Source: Takakia lepidozioides
Lineage: Eukaryota; Plantae; Bryophyta
NCBI GenBank assembly: GCA_030704615.1
Contig: CM060731.1
Coordinates: 56,668,001 to 56,732,000 of the forward strand
Direction of reading: 5' to 3'
Length of the DNA stretch: 64,000 nt
In this document: positions 37,601-49,586 of the stretch, in pieces
Position numbering within the stretch: position 1 is the stretch's first letter
Layout: each line of letters opens with the position of its first letter
Program-made: the position numbers and the translations under genes
Notes under the pieces: model-generated
The model's database searches: none
Seen by the model: only the letters and a program-made list of their open reading frames with translations
Told to the model about the DNA's origin: nothing

Positions 37601-37736
37601 GCTGAGATTTACAACAACCTCCTTATGGGTTTGGGTGGACACACTTCTCAAGTCCTTCCCGAAGCCCCGTCCCGCTGATATTGATACAGAGGAGACTTCC
37701 GACAAGGAGCTGGACTCCGACTTTGCCTGTGAGTAA
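31692..37736 (+). pseudogene. Multi-exon gene: acidic N-terminus + ParB/Srx-like domain + linker + beta-class amino (N4C/N6A) DNA methyltransferase fold; several frameshifts
   Basis: FYVWDGNHRLLAW at ~34475-34513; ELIILDIPDG..GWNAFDERYWRWVFSFCNFFLSDAGVF; WSPTFIQTIVECCT..RVLDLSMGTG|ASYHACKASARHLFGIEGDAEIY. GT-AG introns at e.g. 34636-34730, 35466-35583, 37426-37541. Linking the 31692 exon to the rest is inferred. Confidence 0.75.
32165..33950. repeat. Higher-order tandem array: ~5 x 345-bp units, each of three ~115-bp monomers carrying a 40-50-bp palindrome
   Basis: Unit starts (GAGCACACC) at 32167, 32512, 32857, 33197, 33544. Core GGCAGCTCAAACAGTGTGCG-NNNN-CGCACACTGTTTGAGCTGCC. Confidence 0.98.
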
Positions 37737-37766
37737 GTTCAACCTGTGCATGCTTGCATTGTTGTT

Positions 37767-40700
37767 TCAATATCGAGAATCACTCTTCTTGAGGCAAAGT
37801 TCACATGGCAGACATCCTCTTCGTTGGACTTGTGTATTGCATATTGTGTTCTGAATGGGTTTTTGTCGACATGTGCAGGAGTCCGCGTGCTTCCACTTGC
37901 CCTCCAGGGCTATCACACCTATTTGGACTTCTTTCCAGTCCCTCTCGGTCTTGCGTGCTACCTGTCTATGCGGAGGCACTCGCAACAAGCATGGCCGTTC
38001 ATGGCACTCGGAGTCCACCTATCCACGGCCGTGGTAGAAGACGTGGTGTTGGGGCCAGAATCTTTGTGGATGACATAGCACAGGAGGTCGAGACTGATTC
38101 TGATGACTGTGACACTTGATATGAAGTTTTCTTTTCGTTTTATTCGGGGCCAAATTTGAAATAGGATGGTTGTGTGTCCTTGTTGTCCTGTTTGCAATGT
38201 GTGCGTGGAATGCACATTAATGGGAACAAACTATTGTTGGAGATGGGGGTTGCATGGACTGCCCGGATTGTTCCTTCAATCTATTTAGTGTTCTCTGGAC
38301 CTCACGGACTTGAGTGCATTGCAAATACAAACAAACGACTTTGGTTCGTGTAGAGCATTCTCGCATCAGTTGCTCGTTGGTCTCCAAACCATTCCTGCTA
38401 GAAGAATGGTTGGTGAATCCATCACGGTGAAGTCCACCTCATCAAAGAGCTGTGAGGCATTCTCAAATCTAATGAGCATCCATGATGTTCCCGCACATAC
38501 CTGGCATGTTCGCAAGGGTGGTGAGTAAGAAAAGATTTCGCAGGGTTCCGCTTTAGATCATGTCAGTGTGCACCTCCTAACGACGTACCCACATAAACTT
38601 CTGAGGGCTTGGTATGTTGATAACGTCTGCATGGATGCAATGGATACAATGGATGTAACATATCCACTCTGCATTCCCGGAAAATGGCTGATCAACCCGT
38701 GGAAATAGGTGACACCCGCGGAAATAGGCCCTGTATGTATGCTGACGTGGCGTGAGCCTGTGCTGGGCTCACGGTTTCCTGGGCTCACAGGCTCACGCCT
38801 CCGGGCTCACAGAATAGCACCCCCCGTCTGGTGGACAGCTGGCTGGGTGTTCGGATCTCCATGGATTTGGGAAACATCAAGAACATGTATGGAAGACCCA
38901 CCGGCAATTGCTTCCTCAGACTCTTCTGTAAGATCTATGATACGGGTTTGCGTTCCCAGATTAAGTTCGGTCATCACGTAAGACTCATCTATGGCTTTCG
39001 CCACTGAGCGCACGAAAACGGGACTAACCTGGAAGGTCATAGAAGGCAGGCCACGGGGAGCTAGATAAGAATGCTTTACCGGTGACCTGATGACGTCGTC
39101 AGTGAATGTGCCTGGGGGAAAAGTGGACTCGGTCAAAACACTCATACTGGCAGATCCTAAAACATGTTGTTGGGAACTCAGCAGAAATTCGTCCACAGGG
39201 TCCCGGTGAGGCCAGTGCATCCGAGACTGTTGCACAATCCAGGGAACAGACTGGCTGTTAGTCTCCTGGATAGTCTGCTCGGCCATCTGCTGAGTGAGTT
39301 CGCCAGTGTGCTGCACAGTCTGCTGAGGGGCAATCTGCTGGCTGGATTCGTCGGTCTGATGCACGGTCTGCTGTACAGTTTGCTGAGGGGCAGTCTGGTG
39401 GCCATGTTCGCTGGTCTGCTGCACAGTCGGCTGAGGGGCAGTCTGTTGGCCGGTCTGTTCTCCGGTCTGCTGCAAAGTCTGCAAAGTTCGCTGCCTGCTC
39501 AGTACTGTTTGCACATACTGAGTATGTGTGTGCGGGGCAGTCTGCTGGGAGTGATCCGGCCTATTACCCGGGATGGTCTGGTGCACATGCTCGGTCTCTA
39601 GCACTTGGGCAGTCTACCCACATGTGTCGCGGGGAATATGTTGTTCGACATTCTTGTGGCCAGTCTGTTGGACAGTCTCCCGAACTCTTTGTAAAGCCAG
39701 GACAAGGTCCCTTGCACCTCTGGCAAAAGAGTCGAAAGCAGCCTGCACTTGCTTGTCTCCCAGATCAACTCGCCCTGCGACACATGTTTATGCAAATGTG
39801 AACTTGTAAAAAAGTTGGCAAAAGAAATTGAGCTGAAACACGAAAGTTGCCCATAACATTTTACCTTCCAAGAGATTTCCGACGAGGCCAATGTCCTTGA
39901 TTTGCCGGCACAGGCATGCTCCATCGAGATGAGCAATGGCGCCGATGCGGTCTTCAGTTGGGATCCCACACCACAGGACTTTGAAGACATTGGGATTCTG
40001 CAAAACAATGTCAAATACTGCTCGCTCCATCACCAATGCAAACCAGTGCAATGCATCATCCACTACAAACTTCTGTGAATGGTCTGTTCCATGGAGTAAG
40101 TCCATCCTCAAACTATGCAGATCCTTCATCAACTTGTTGTATGAGCGGAAATTGCCAAATTGCATCCATCTGTGTTGTAGGAAGGAAGCTGCCATGCGCT
40201 CAAAGTCCTCCTCAGTCAATCCGAACAAGTGCTTTCTTGCACCCCAAAGGTTGGATGTGCCATAGGCATATGTCTGAGGTCTTCAGGCCGTGGGTCATCC
40301 ATGAGAATCAGCTGCACAAGTAGTGGCGGCGCATTTTGGTCGTTTGTGGCTTCAATGGCAACAGCAGAGGCGGCTTCTAGAACATGGTTGGCTTCCTCAA
40401 TAGAAAACTCCATGGAATAATGAAAGGGTACAAATGACCACCGGCGGTCCGCAACAATCCGGTGGAGCTCATTATGCCACTCCAAATGGGGATTAATTTC
40501 TCCCACCCTAAGCCGGGGAAGTGTGAGGTCTTCAGCTCCGGGTCGAATTACCGGTGATGGCGATCGCCAAACTGCAAAAACCGCCATGCTATGTGAGAGA
40601 AAGGCAGTCTGCTGGTCCGCAGTCTGTTGGATGACAGGACTTCCCATTGGCATGGGCTGCATGATGGGCTCCTGGAGAGGAGTCTGCAGGATGACAGGCT

Positions 40701-41890
40701 GCTCGTTGGGAGTCTGCTCCGTTGGAGTCTGCTGGATGACGGCCTGCTGAATAGGAGTCTGCTGGATGGCAGACTCGGCTGTCCCAGACGCATTCCCCCC
40801 CGACGCGTCTTGAATATGTAATGCCGCTATAGCAGCAGATGACCCAGGATACTTCAATAATATGTACTCTCGCACGCGGTCCACTTCCGCACGCACTGCA
40901 GTCGCTTGTAAAGGAGCATCATTGCTAGGTATCCGCCAAGCCTGAATGGCCCTACGAATAGAAACACGTTCATCCTGGTACACGGCAGAGAACTTTGACG
41001 TCAGGAACATGGACGTGGACTCTATATTCACCTCATGCAGCGGACTGGACTCACAGACCAGCAGACTGTAACGTGCGTACGTAGGGTGGAGACAACTAGT
41101 AGACTATACCAGTGGACTGGACCAGCGGACTGACAAACGGACTCAGTAAGTAATGCAGCGATATAAAACAGACTAACTGACGAGCGGAGTGAGCCAGCGG
41201 ACTGACCAGACTGAATAGGCAACGTGACCCCGATGATGAACTCAAACAGCACAGAGAACAGACTGGGCGGTCAGATTGACCATTACCTCCTCTACTTCAT
41301 CATCGTCATCTTCATTTTCAAAGTTGTTCAACCAGTTCTGTTCCGCCTGTCGGATGAATGTGCGTAGCAGACCTGACTGGGCAATTCTGTAGAAATAACA
41401 AGAAGTCTGGATCCCCAATTGGTGGGCACTCTGGTGGGAAAAGCCCAAAGTCAACGAGGCGCAATGTGCCAGGGCAGACTGGCCCTTCAGTGCTCTGTTG
41501 AGTTTTTGGTTTTGACCCTAAACCGATGGCATGGGTCGCAATATTTGTGTGAGTCTATTGCCGAGTCTGGTCAGGCAAGTCAATGTCCACTGGACTTGTC
41601 ATCCCTTCCAGGCCCTGAGCAGATTCACTTTCAGTATCAGTACTGATGGTGTGGGTCTGCCGCCCAGGACGGGGTTCAGTCTGTTGCGTGGATTTTGCCC
41701 TTGCCTCGCGAGCAGACCTTGCAGCCTTCTCCTTTTTTTTTCTCCTTTTTTTGGGCCCCATCACTCAGTTTACGTTTTCTGGGAGCGTCCGGCGTTCCCT
41801 GCACTTGCAAATCCTCCATTGATGGGCCACCACAATGGACGCCATACCGTGCGCGCACTTCGTCTAATTCCAAAGTGCGGGGGTCAAGCA
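37767..41890 (-). pseudogene. Long degenerate gene of unknown function, convergent with the ParB-MTase gene; Gln/Thr-rich repeats and Cys/His-rich C-terminus
   Basis: Chain of same-strand ORFs (41676-41909, 40216-41031, 39788-40228, 38807-39604, 37767-38018) linked by frameshifts. The 3' part is conserved in the second copy (29017-30031). Confidence 0.55.
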
Positions 41891-41914
41891 TTGATCCGCG
41901 CAAACGCATTGTGG

Positions 41915-42966
41915 TCCCTTTCTGTGGTGCTATAGTTCTTTTCTGCTGCTGTCAACAATCTGCTTGCATAATAGATTGGTGAATCTATTGTGCCTGTCAC
42001 ATTCTGAGCTAGAACCGCTCCCAAAGCAATGCCTGATGCATCACTGTGTACATGAAATGGTAAATCCCATCTTGGATTTATGAGAATTGGTGCTGATGTG
42101 AGTGCCCTTTTTAGTGAATCAAATGATTCCTGGCAAGCTGGAGACCATCGATATTCGGCATCTTGCTTCAGCAGTCTATAGATTGGTGCCGCTCTGTGAG
42201 TATATTTGTCTATGTACCTTTTGTAATAGCTCGTCTGTCCCAGAAATCTCTTGAGTTTCTTGGGATTTTCTGGTGGTGGTATTTTCTGGATAACCTCCAC
42301 TTTTTTTGGATCTACCAGAATTCCCTGTTGGCACACAATGTGTCCCAATAATAATCCTGAATTCACACACAATGTACATTTTTCCGGGTTGAGACTTACT
42401 CCATTGTTTCTGCAGGCTTGTAAGCAAAGTTTTAAATGTGCCAAATGTTTGGATTTTTGTCCAAAGACACTGAAATCATCCAAAAATACCTGCATAAAAT
42501 CATTGAGATAGTTCTTGAATATCTCAAATACTGCTCGTTGAAATGTGGCTGGTGCATTGCAAAGTCCAAATGGCATGACTTTGTAAGCATATGCTCTCCA
42601 TTCAGTGATGAATGCGGTCTTTTCTCGGTCTTCTTTTGCCATCTGTACTTGGTTGTACCCACTAAACCCATCCATGAATGAGTACATTTCATGTCCAGCC
42701 ACTGTGTCTAACACTATTTCAGTGAAAGGTAGTGGAAAAGGGTCTTTCTTGGTTCCTGCGTTTAACTTGCGGTAGTCCACACACACTCGTAGTTTTCCAT
42801 TTTTCTTGGGTACTATCACAATGGGCGATAACCATTGTGGTGTCTCTACTGGGTATATGAATCCTGCATCCAGTAATTTCTTGATTTCTTCCCAAACTTT
42901 AGCTGCATAGTTGGGGTTCATTCTGTAACGGTTCTGACGAATTGGTTGTGTCAACTTCCAATTCAA
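41915..42966 (-). mobile_element. Ty3/gypsy reverse transcriptase and start of RNase H, truncated at both ends
   Basis: WLSPIVIVPKKNGKLRVCVDYRKLN, MDGFSGYNQ, MPFGLCNAPATFQR, VFLDDF, HSDASGIALGAVL, NYSTTER. Confidence 0.97.
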
Positions 42967-42969
42967 TTC

Positions 42970-44220
42970 GGTGCTGACTTGGGGGCAGTGGCAACATTAG
43001 TTACAGGGGCTGAAGCACCCTTGAGTGCCCAAGGCACTCAAGGAGGCGGAGGCGCTCACTAGGTGGAGCCCCGCACACTGGGTTGCGGTGGGGTTGGTTC
43101 CACAAGGGGTGGTGGTAGCTTAGTGGGACTTAGTGGGGTGGCATAGGACTCACCATGGGGCGGAGACCTTGTGGTGGGAGTCGTGGGGAGTCTTGGGACT
43201 CATCACGATCCAATGGGACCGTGGTGGGTGGGCCAAGACTCACCGCGACTCATCACAGGGAATCGAGGGTTTTTGTGGTGGTTCGCCATAAAATGGCATG
43301 GTTGTTTGTGAAACCCCCGCGGACAGTCACAGAAGTATATATAGGGAGTAGTAACCCCGAGAACGGTGCAAGCCCGTTGGTGACCAAAAACTAGTGAGCA
43401 AGCGTGCGAACCGGAAAGCGACCAAGGTGTGGGGAGCGATTCCGGACTGCCATCGACCAAAGGGAATTTCCACTTGGCCCAAATCGAGAGAGGGTCTTGT
43501 GGAGGAGTAAAGGGGGACCGTTATGTCCCGGTGAGCAGCCGAAGCTCCGAGTTGGCCCGGCGGCCAGTTTGAGAGTTAGGCGCGCGCATCAAGCGAGTAA
43601 CTATGGCTTGAAGAGGAGCTTACCGAAGTGAGGTGCGTGACACTTGGTATCAGAGCTTAGAGTTCAGTACGCGATCGTCCTTGGGATCGGCCTCATCATG
43701 GGGTCGGGCAAGCGAAAGCGGAAGCGGAACGGCCCGAAAGATGATGATCCTGGTGAGCCCGATGGGGGCGACGTGTCACCGAAGCGGCCATTTGAGGAAG
43801 CAATGCATGCCTTTGGAAGCGAGGCCGCTCAAGAACAGGGGGAATCTGAGGAGTCGGAGCCCGAGGAATTCCTGAGAGCTCCGGCAGACCAACAGATGCC
43901 TCCTATGCCAGCAGCTTTTTGGGAAGGGTTGTTAGCGTAGTTTGGTGGGACGTTGAAAGACGTGTTGAAGGCGGCTAATGCAACTTCCACTAAGACAAAG
44001 TTTAAGGTGAAGCCTAAGGAACCCGACCCCTTCGAGGGCGTCCGAAATCGGAATGCACTCAACACCTGGCTCTTCGAGCTAGAGCAATACTTCCGGGCGG
44101 CCAAGTTGAGTGACGAGGATTGGGTGGAAGTGGCTCCCACCTATTTGAGGGGCTATACTCAACAATGGTGGCAGAAACGCCTTCACGACCGAGGTCCAAA
44201 CCCGGAGACCTTGAAGGTAT
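42970..44220 (+). mobile_element. 5' part of a chromovirus-like Ty3/gypsy element: partial LTR (ends 43642), tRNA-iMet PBS (43645-43656), truncated gag
   Basis: GTGACA-CT-TGGTATCAGAGC; TATATATA ~43337; gag KPKEPDPFEG..LNTWLFELEQYF..YLRGYTQQWW with an in-frame TAG at 43938. Confidence 0.9.
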
Positions 44221-45650
44221 CCTAGCTTGAAAAGCAATAGATTGCCGACGATAACAAATGTTAATTGCATCAGCATAATCTAACGTCTCTTGAAATAGAA
44301 CAACATTTGAAGCGAATTTGGTTTTCACAGGGGTCTTCGGTTTGCGAGCAGGCAGACCTGCCTCGACACAAGCCCTATCCCATTCTTGCCTTCTTTTTCC
44401 CGACTTCTTCGTCCATGTGATCGTTTTCTGCGAGGTTGCATGTGCATCTTTTATGGAAACTTCCCTCATTAACTGACAGACTTTGTCCTCCGTGGTTGCA
44501 TACTGGCACACTTTGACATGACGTGACCAAAACAAGTGCCTGGAAAAGGCTTCACCAGTTGCAATGATTTACAAGTAACCACACTTGATAGAGCTGACTT
44601 TAGTATTCCCAAATTCGAACCCTCATCTTTGACATAGGCGATGACTTTATCAGTGAGCTGAAACTCAGCCAATAAGGGTTTCACGATCTCAGCCAAAGCA
44701 ACACCAGATGTACTCCTAGCCTCGAATAGGCCGATTGTGACATGCCTTGGAACCCAGTAGTCATCGATAAAGTTCACCACCATAGCAAACGTGTCAAACC
44801 CTGCTCGTGACATCCACAAATCAAAGGTAATACTAACCGTAGCAGCAGTAGATATTAATGGCAATCAAACTGATCCATTGTTTTAGCCAACATTGCTGGT
44901 ATGTATTCCTTCACGAGCTGCTTCATTGTTGGAAAAGCCACCTTCGCATCACACCGCAAGACCATTCTTCTCAACCAGGGACTCTCAACAACTGACAAAG
45001 CGATGCACCCTTTAGCGATCAACAAAACAAGCTCCTCAATGAAACGTTGTTGCTGCGGGTCGTTCTTGTTGTAGGGTTGCCACGCTCCAAAGAACTCTGT
45101 GATTGAGGATGGTGACACGTTTTTCCGTTTTCTTGCACTTCTGCCTACTTGATTCCACAGTTTCTTCTGTTTTGGACTGTAGCTCATATCGAATCATATC
45201 TGCATTATGTTCGTTCTGCAGACGCTTCTTCATGCTGGTAATTCCGTGAGAACATTATACTTAACGATACCCTTCCTGCAACGTGTAGTTTTGTGTGAAC
45301 TCTGGGAGGATGCAACAGGGTGACATATGATGCATCTCATGACTTGCGGCACTCTAACGTCTATTTTTGTATAATCACCTTCATTCAGAAATAAGAAAGC
45401 CCAAACAAGTGATCTCCGATGGTGTGGAACCCACAACTGCTGATTTGCGACAAGTGCAGCGTATCGAACACGCCATACTGCAAGTGCTTCGCCTGCAAAA
45501 GCACATCTACCTCATTCTCCGCTGGTTCTATTGTTATCCCTGCAGACTCTACAGACTCGCTCCTCCTCCCGGCCTCATTCTCTTCATGACCTATACATAG
45601 TGATACATCACCACTGACCCAATTATCTTCTGGCATGATTTGTCTCACTG
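44220..45650 (-). mobile_element. Degenerate hAT transposase (BED finger and N-terminal DDE region)
   Basis: SLVWAF..MRCIICH, ALSVVESPWLR, VSITFDLWMSRAG, VKDEGSN, CFGHVMSK, PVKTKFAS. Multiple frameshifts. Confidence 0.88.
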
Positions 45651-45859
45651 ATCGTACTCAAGATTTCTCACTTTCCTTACCGATGCCTAAAAATCCTCCA
45701 CTCACTGCTCTTACCTTAAACAACTACTGCTAGTAGAAAACAAATCATTGTAGCCCAATCCATGCACACAAAGCACCCTGCGAACAACAAGAGTGCAGAC
45801 AAGAGCGCAGGAAAGCAAGACATTTTAGCAGTACATATGAATCATAATATAATTGATAA

Positions 45860-46300
45860 AGAACACAAATTTTTTGCAGCAGTGTACCAGTAACTCACTG
45901 CCGGCAACATTGAAGGCTCGACGGCATAATCACAGATCACACCCCCAAGACCCAAGACCTGATTTTTCTAGGCTTGCCTGGGAAGTATAGAAGAATTCCT
46001 TGCTGAGCAAATTTTGAGACTGCGCAACTACTTTATCCCGATTTAAGGCCAGAATGGGTTGCGAGCTGAGCTCAGGTGCAGCCGAATCAACCCATAGGAC
46101 AATTTCTGAGGAGGCAGGAGAGGGCTGAGGGACCTTAGGGCTCGGACCTCTACCCAAGATGGATGCAGCTGAGCCTTCAGCCCCTGCTGTCCTTTTGGGA
46201 GCCCGAGTTTGGAACTTCCCTCTCCCCCCAGAAGCCGAGCCCCCACGTCCCCCCTTCACCATCAGTTCTCTTTTGGGTGCCATCTCAAAACAACAAGCAC
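45860..46300 (-). mobile_element. Possible LINE ORF1 N-terminal fragment
   Basis: Basic Gly/Arg-rich ORF start (MAPKRELMVKGGRGG..) next to other TE debris. No diagnostic motif. Confidence 0.3.
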
Positions 46301-48026
46301 AACGAAGAAAGCAGCGAGAATCGGAGAGGAAAGGAATAACAGCAAAGGGGGGTTTAGGAAGACAACTTATACCAGCGTCGTTCCCTCGGGACCTTACCCA
46401 GCTGGGTACCCGAGCTTGCCAAACATTAGAAAAGGTCGGCGCAATAACTGTGCACGACACCTTACCTGACTGAAGCAGCCCCGAGCGGCGGTACGTCAGG
46501 GAGGAATGGGGGAATTGGAGCTTGAAGGAGCGAGAGAGAAACATCCGGTTGAAGAGATAAATCACCTTAAGCAGGGAGATTTAGAAGACAGGATGAGCAC
46601 CCAACAGGGGCAATTAACCAAACTGGAACCTTCCGAGGCCGACAAACAGCAGAGGGCGCAAGGGGGGGAGCCAGTGAATGGGGTTAATGCTGGGCACACT
46701 TGCCAAAGAGAAGCAGGGGAGAAAGAAAGGGGGAAAGATCACAGTGCCAGCACTCAGGTGCTTTGGGGGGGGGGGGGGTGTTGGGGAAATGAATTTTAGA
46801 ACGGCCCGAATGAATGCAGAGCTTGTTTAGAGCGGCGTCCTTACGAAGACCTCATTGTCCTGGAGACCCGAGGCATCGAGAGCCAGCGAAGGATGCTCGT
46901 CGCTAGGTGAGGTCGAGGAGGAGAGCGGAATTTTTCCAAGTCCCTCAACCTCCTCACCGCCTTCCGCGGAGCCATCCCCACCACCATTATCGATCGGCTC
47001 AAATTCGGTACTGAAATAATTTGATCTCAAACTTAGGGCCGAGTACCTAATGGGCACAAAATTCCATTGCTCTTGGTATATTAACATAGTCGTCACCAAT
47101 ATCTCCCTTTTCTCTCTTATGATAGCTTGGGGTATCTTTTGGATGAATCCAAATTGTTTGAAAAAGAAAAAGAAGCCACAAAGAAAGAAGTGCGTACTCG
47201 AATGTATTGAAATAAATCAGAACAATCAGAGGATAAATCAAAGAGCAGTTCAGATACTGTAGAAAGGGAAAAATGTATTTCAGAGCCTTCAAACTATCAG
47301 CATTGCAGTTTCCACCAGCGAATCTGATGTATCTGTACATGAACATGCAAAATGTGAAGGGAAGCAACCTTGGCCTTCATCACCCTGCTAAAATCATGCT
47401 ACACTGTAATTTTAGGAATTGGTGTATCAAACAAGTTGGGAACTAAACTCTATAATAGTACATTGTTACCGGACGTCAAGCAGACACCTCTGCTTGCCAG
47501 CAGTTGTGCTCAGACTGCCACCCCACTACCCCCTCCTGTGTCCTGTCTCAGAGATTCTCCCTCACCATACCATGTCACTACCACAACACATCTTGTAAGT
47601 GAGTGTCAATGTTTGTAAACTGTTCTTTTTGCGGGAATCCAGAATCTCTACAAATGTGTCCCAAAGATGAGACACGACTCCAGGTTCTATCACAACCCTC
47701 GCTCATTGAAGTGAGCACGATGTCTCCTTTCTCCTTGGCTGTACTAAGAGATTTCTCTCAGACGGGTATTGTCAATGGCCAAAGAAAATGAATCGAAACA
47801 AATAAGAAAAAATAAAAGGGTTGCTGCATGAACATTACTTCGAGCTTGCGAAGACTCTCCCATCTAGCAGCCCCTTTGCCATCAAAAGAGACCCTTGCCA
47901 TGGTGATAGAGGATCAAGATGTGTGGATTTCCAGCCAAGAATTATGCCCACACAGCCCAGTTTTATGCCTTTAATGCACATATCATCTTGAGACTCCCTC
48001 ACTCACCAAATGTGGGACTTCCTCAC

Positions 48027-49586
48027 CTACTGATTGCTCCTTCGCGTGTAACGAATGCTGTGTCGCCGCAACCAGAGCTCATACATAGTCATGTGGAAGG
48101 CATCATAAGGCCAGGGAGGTGTGTTCCACTCCATGTGCTTGCTGGCTTGCTGTCCAAGGAACTGCATCCTTTGATACTGCTCTACGGAGATCGCCATCAA
48201 TATGCTCTTCACCTTTGCAATGCCCTTTTGACTAAGAACTACTGCAAATTCATGCCAGTTGAGAACATCCTGGAAAGGTAAATCATAGAAACGGCCATCG
48301 GAAATGACAACAGGCACACATCCAAATCGCAGCGAATCCACAATGCTCAAGGTATCATGTGGGGAGAGGCTTAAACAAAACCTGCTTGTTGCCAGACCGT
48401 TGTAGTATGAGGACGGTTCCCGGTTCCCTGTTTCTAGAACAAAGCTGGGATCAGCCTTCCAGGCCTCATAGACTGAATTAATGGCAGGATCTCCTTCAAT
48501 CGGACCAGCATAATATGCAAGATTTTTTCGAAGAGCCTTCCCCTTACGAAGACCTTCTAGTGCGATGCTCTTTTGAGCACTGACAGATCTGTATTGCGGC
48601 ATGACAATGTCCTTGTGAGGGAAGAAGTCTTGAGTTCTTTGCAGCGGAGAACATGCTACCTGGACAGCATTCTTGTTCAGCTCTAGAAAGTTTCTGTCAC
48701 CATCTGCCTCGTATCCATGACACGAGACGTAAAAGTGATCAACCCCAAGGGTCCGCTGCCAGTAAGGGTAGTTCTCTCTTAGCTTTTGCACGTAACGTCT
48801 CAAAGAACCTCCAACCTTTGATGGCCCAATTCCTGGAGCCCTCCACAAGGCGTCTATTGAAACTGGCACCAAGAAAAGGATTGCTTCTTCAGGGGAGTCG
48901 GTGGTGAATTTGCTACCAAAAAGGCTTTTCACGAAAAAGGCTTCTGTGCAATTGACATCCTCAGCTTGTTCACTCCCATCAAATAAGCTGTATTCGTAAG
49001 TGCTCTCATTCTGAGCAGGATAGATATAGATCTTAAACTTCCTGAGCATCTCATTATAATTCAAAGAGAAAACCTTCGATGAATGGTACAGTCGTGCCAA
49101 TGTTTCATGATTGGTGGCATCTGATAAGTCGATCGATGTAAAGATTTGCTGAGACGAACCTTCTTCCTTGGCAGATCCATTATCGCCTGCGGACCTCTCT
49201 TCCGCCTCCACGGAGCTGATGGATCTCTTTGACGCCTTGGACATCCACTGATAGTCAGGAACAGAGGAACTCCTGGCATCCTCGGCGACAGAGGAGATGG
49301 AAGGACTGTGTGAACTATAGGGTTCACTGTGAGAAAAGCTGAAAGGATTGGAGAGAGAACCTACATTGACAACAACAGCTAACTTTTGACTGAGAGACTC
49401 TGTATACCAGCATCCGAGTACCAGTGCCGTTATCATGGAAAACACTACTACCACTGTAATTATGCTCTGCTTTCGCAGGAAAGCCTCAGTTACACCTCCC
49501 TTACTTACATCTTCACTTCTACCTCTGCCCGGATCAACCTCATACATCTCTGACAAGGATGCCTGTCCAAAGATGACAAAACTCAT
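48027..49586 (-). CDS. Exostosin-family glycosyltransferase (GT47), type II membrane protein
   Basis: N-terminal TM helix, FKIYIY, YPYWQRTLGVDHFYVSCH, SRFCL, FGCVPVVIS..DLPFQDVLNW, DAFHMTMYELWLRR. Confidence 0.95.
   Translation of the reverse strand: MSFVIFGQASLSEMYEVDPGRGRSEDVSKGGVTEAFLRKQSIITVVVVFSMITALVLGCWYTESLSQKLAVVVNVGSLSNPFSFSHSEPYSSHSPSISSVAEDARSSSVPDYQWMSKASKRSISSVEAEERSAGDNGSAKEEGSSQQIFTSIDLSDATNHETLARLYHSSKVFSLNYNEMLRKFKIYIYPAQNESTYEYSLFDGSEQAEDVNCTEAFFVKSLFGSKFTTDSPEEAILFLVPVSIDALWRAPGIGPSKVGGSLRRYVQKLRENYPYWQRTLGVDHFYVSCHGYEADGDRNFLELNKNAVQVACSPLQRTQDFFPHKDIVMPQYRSVSAQKSIALEGLRKGKALRKNLAYYAGPIEGDPAINSVYEAWKADPSFVLETGNREPSSYYNGLATSRFCLSLSPHDTLSIVDSLRFGCVPVVISDGRFYDLPFQDVLNWHEFAVVLSQKGIAKVKSILMAISVEQYQRMQFLGQQASKHMEWNTPPWPYDAFHMTMYELWLRRHSIRYTRRSNQ

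Noticed and set aside
41915-42966. RT as the missing pol of the DNMT retrotransposon
   Set aside because: Opposite strand, 15 kb away, different base composition (AT-rich) and no linking sequence.
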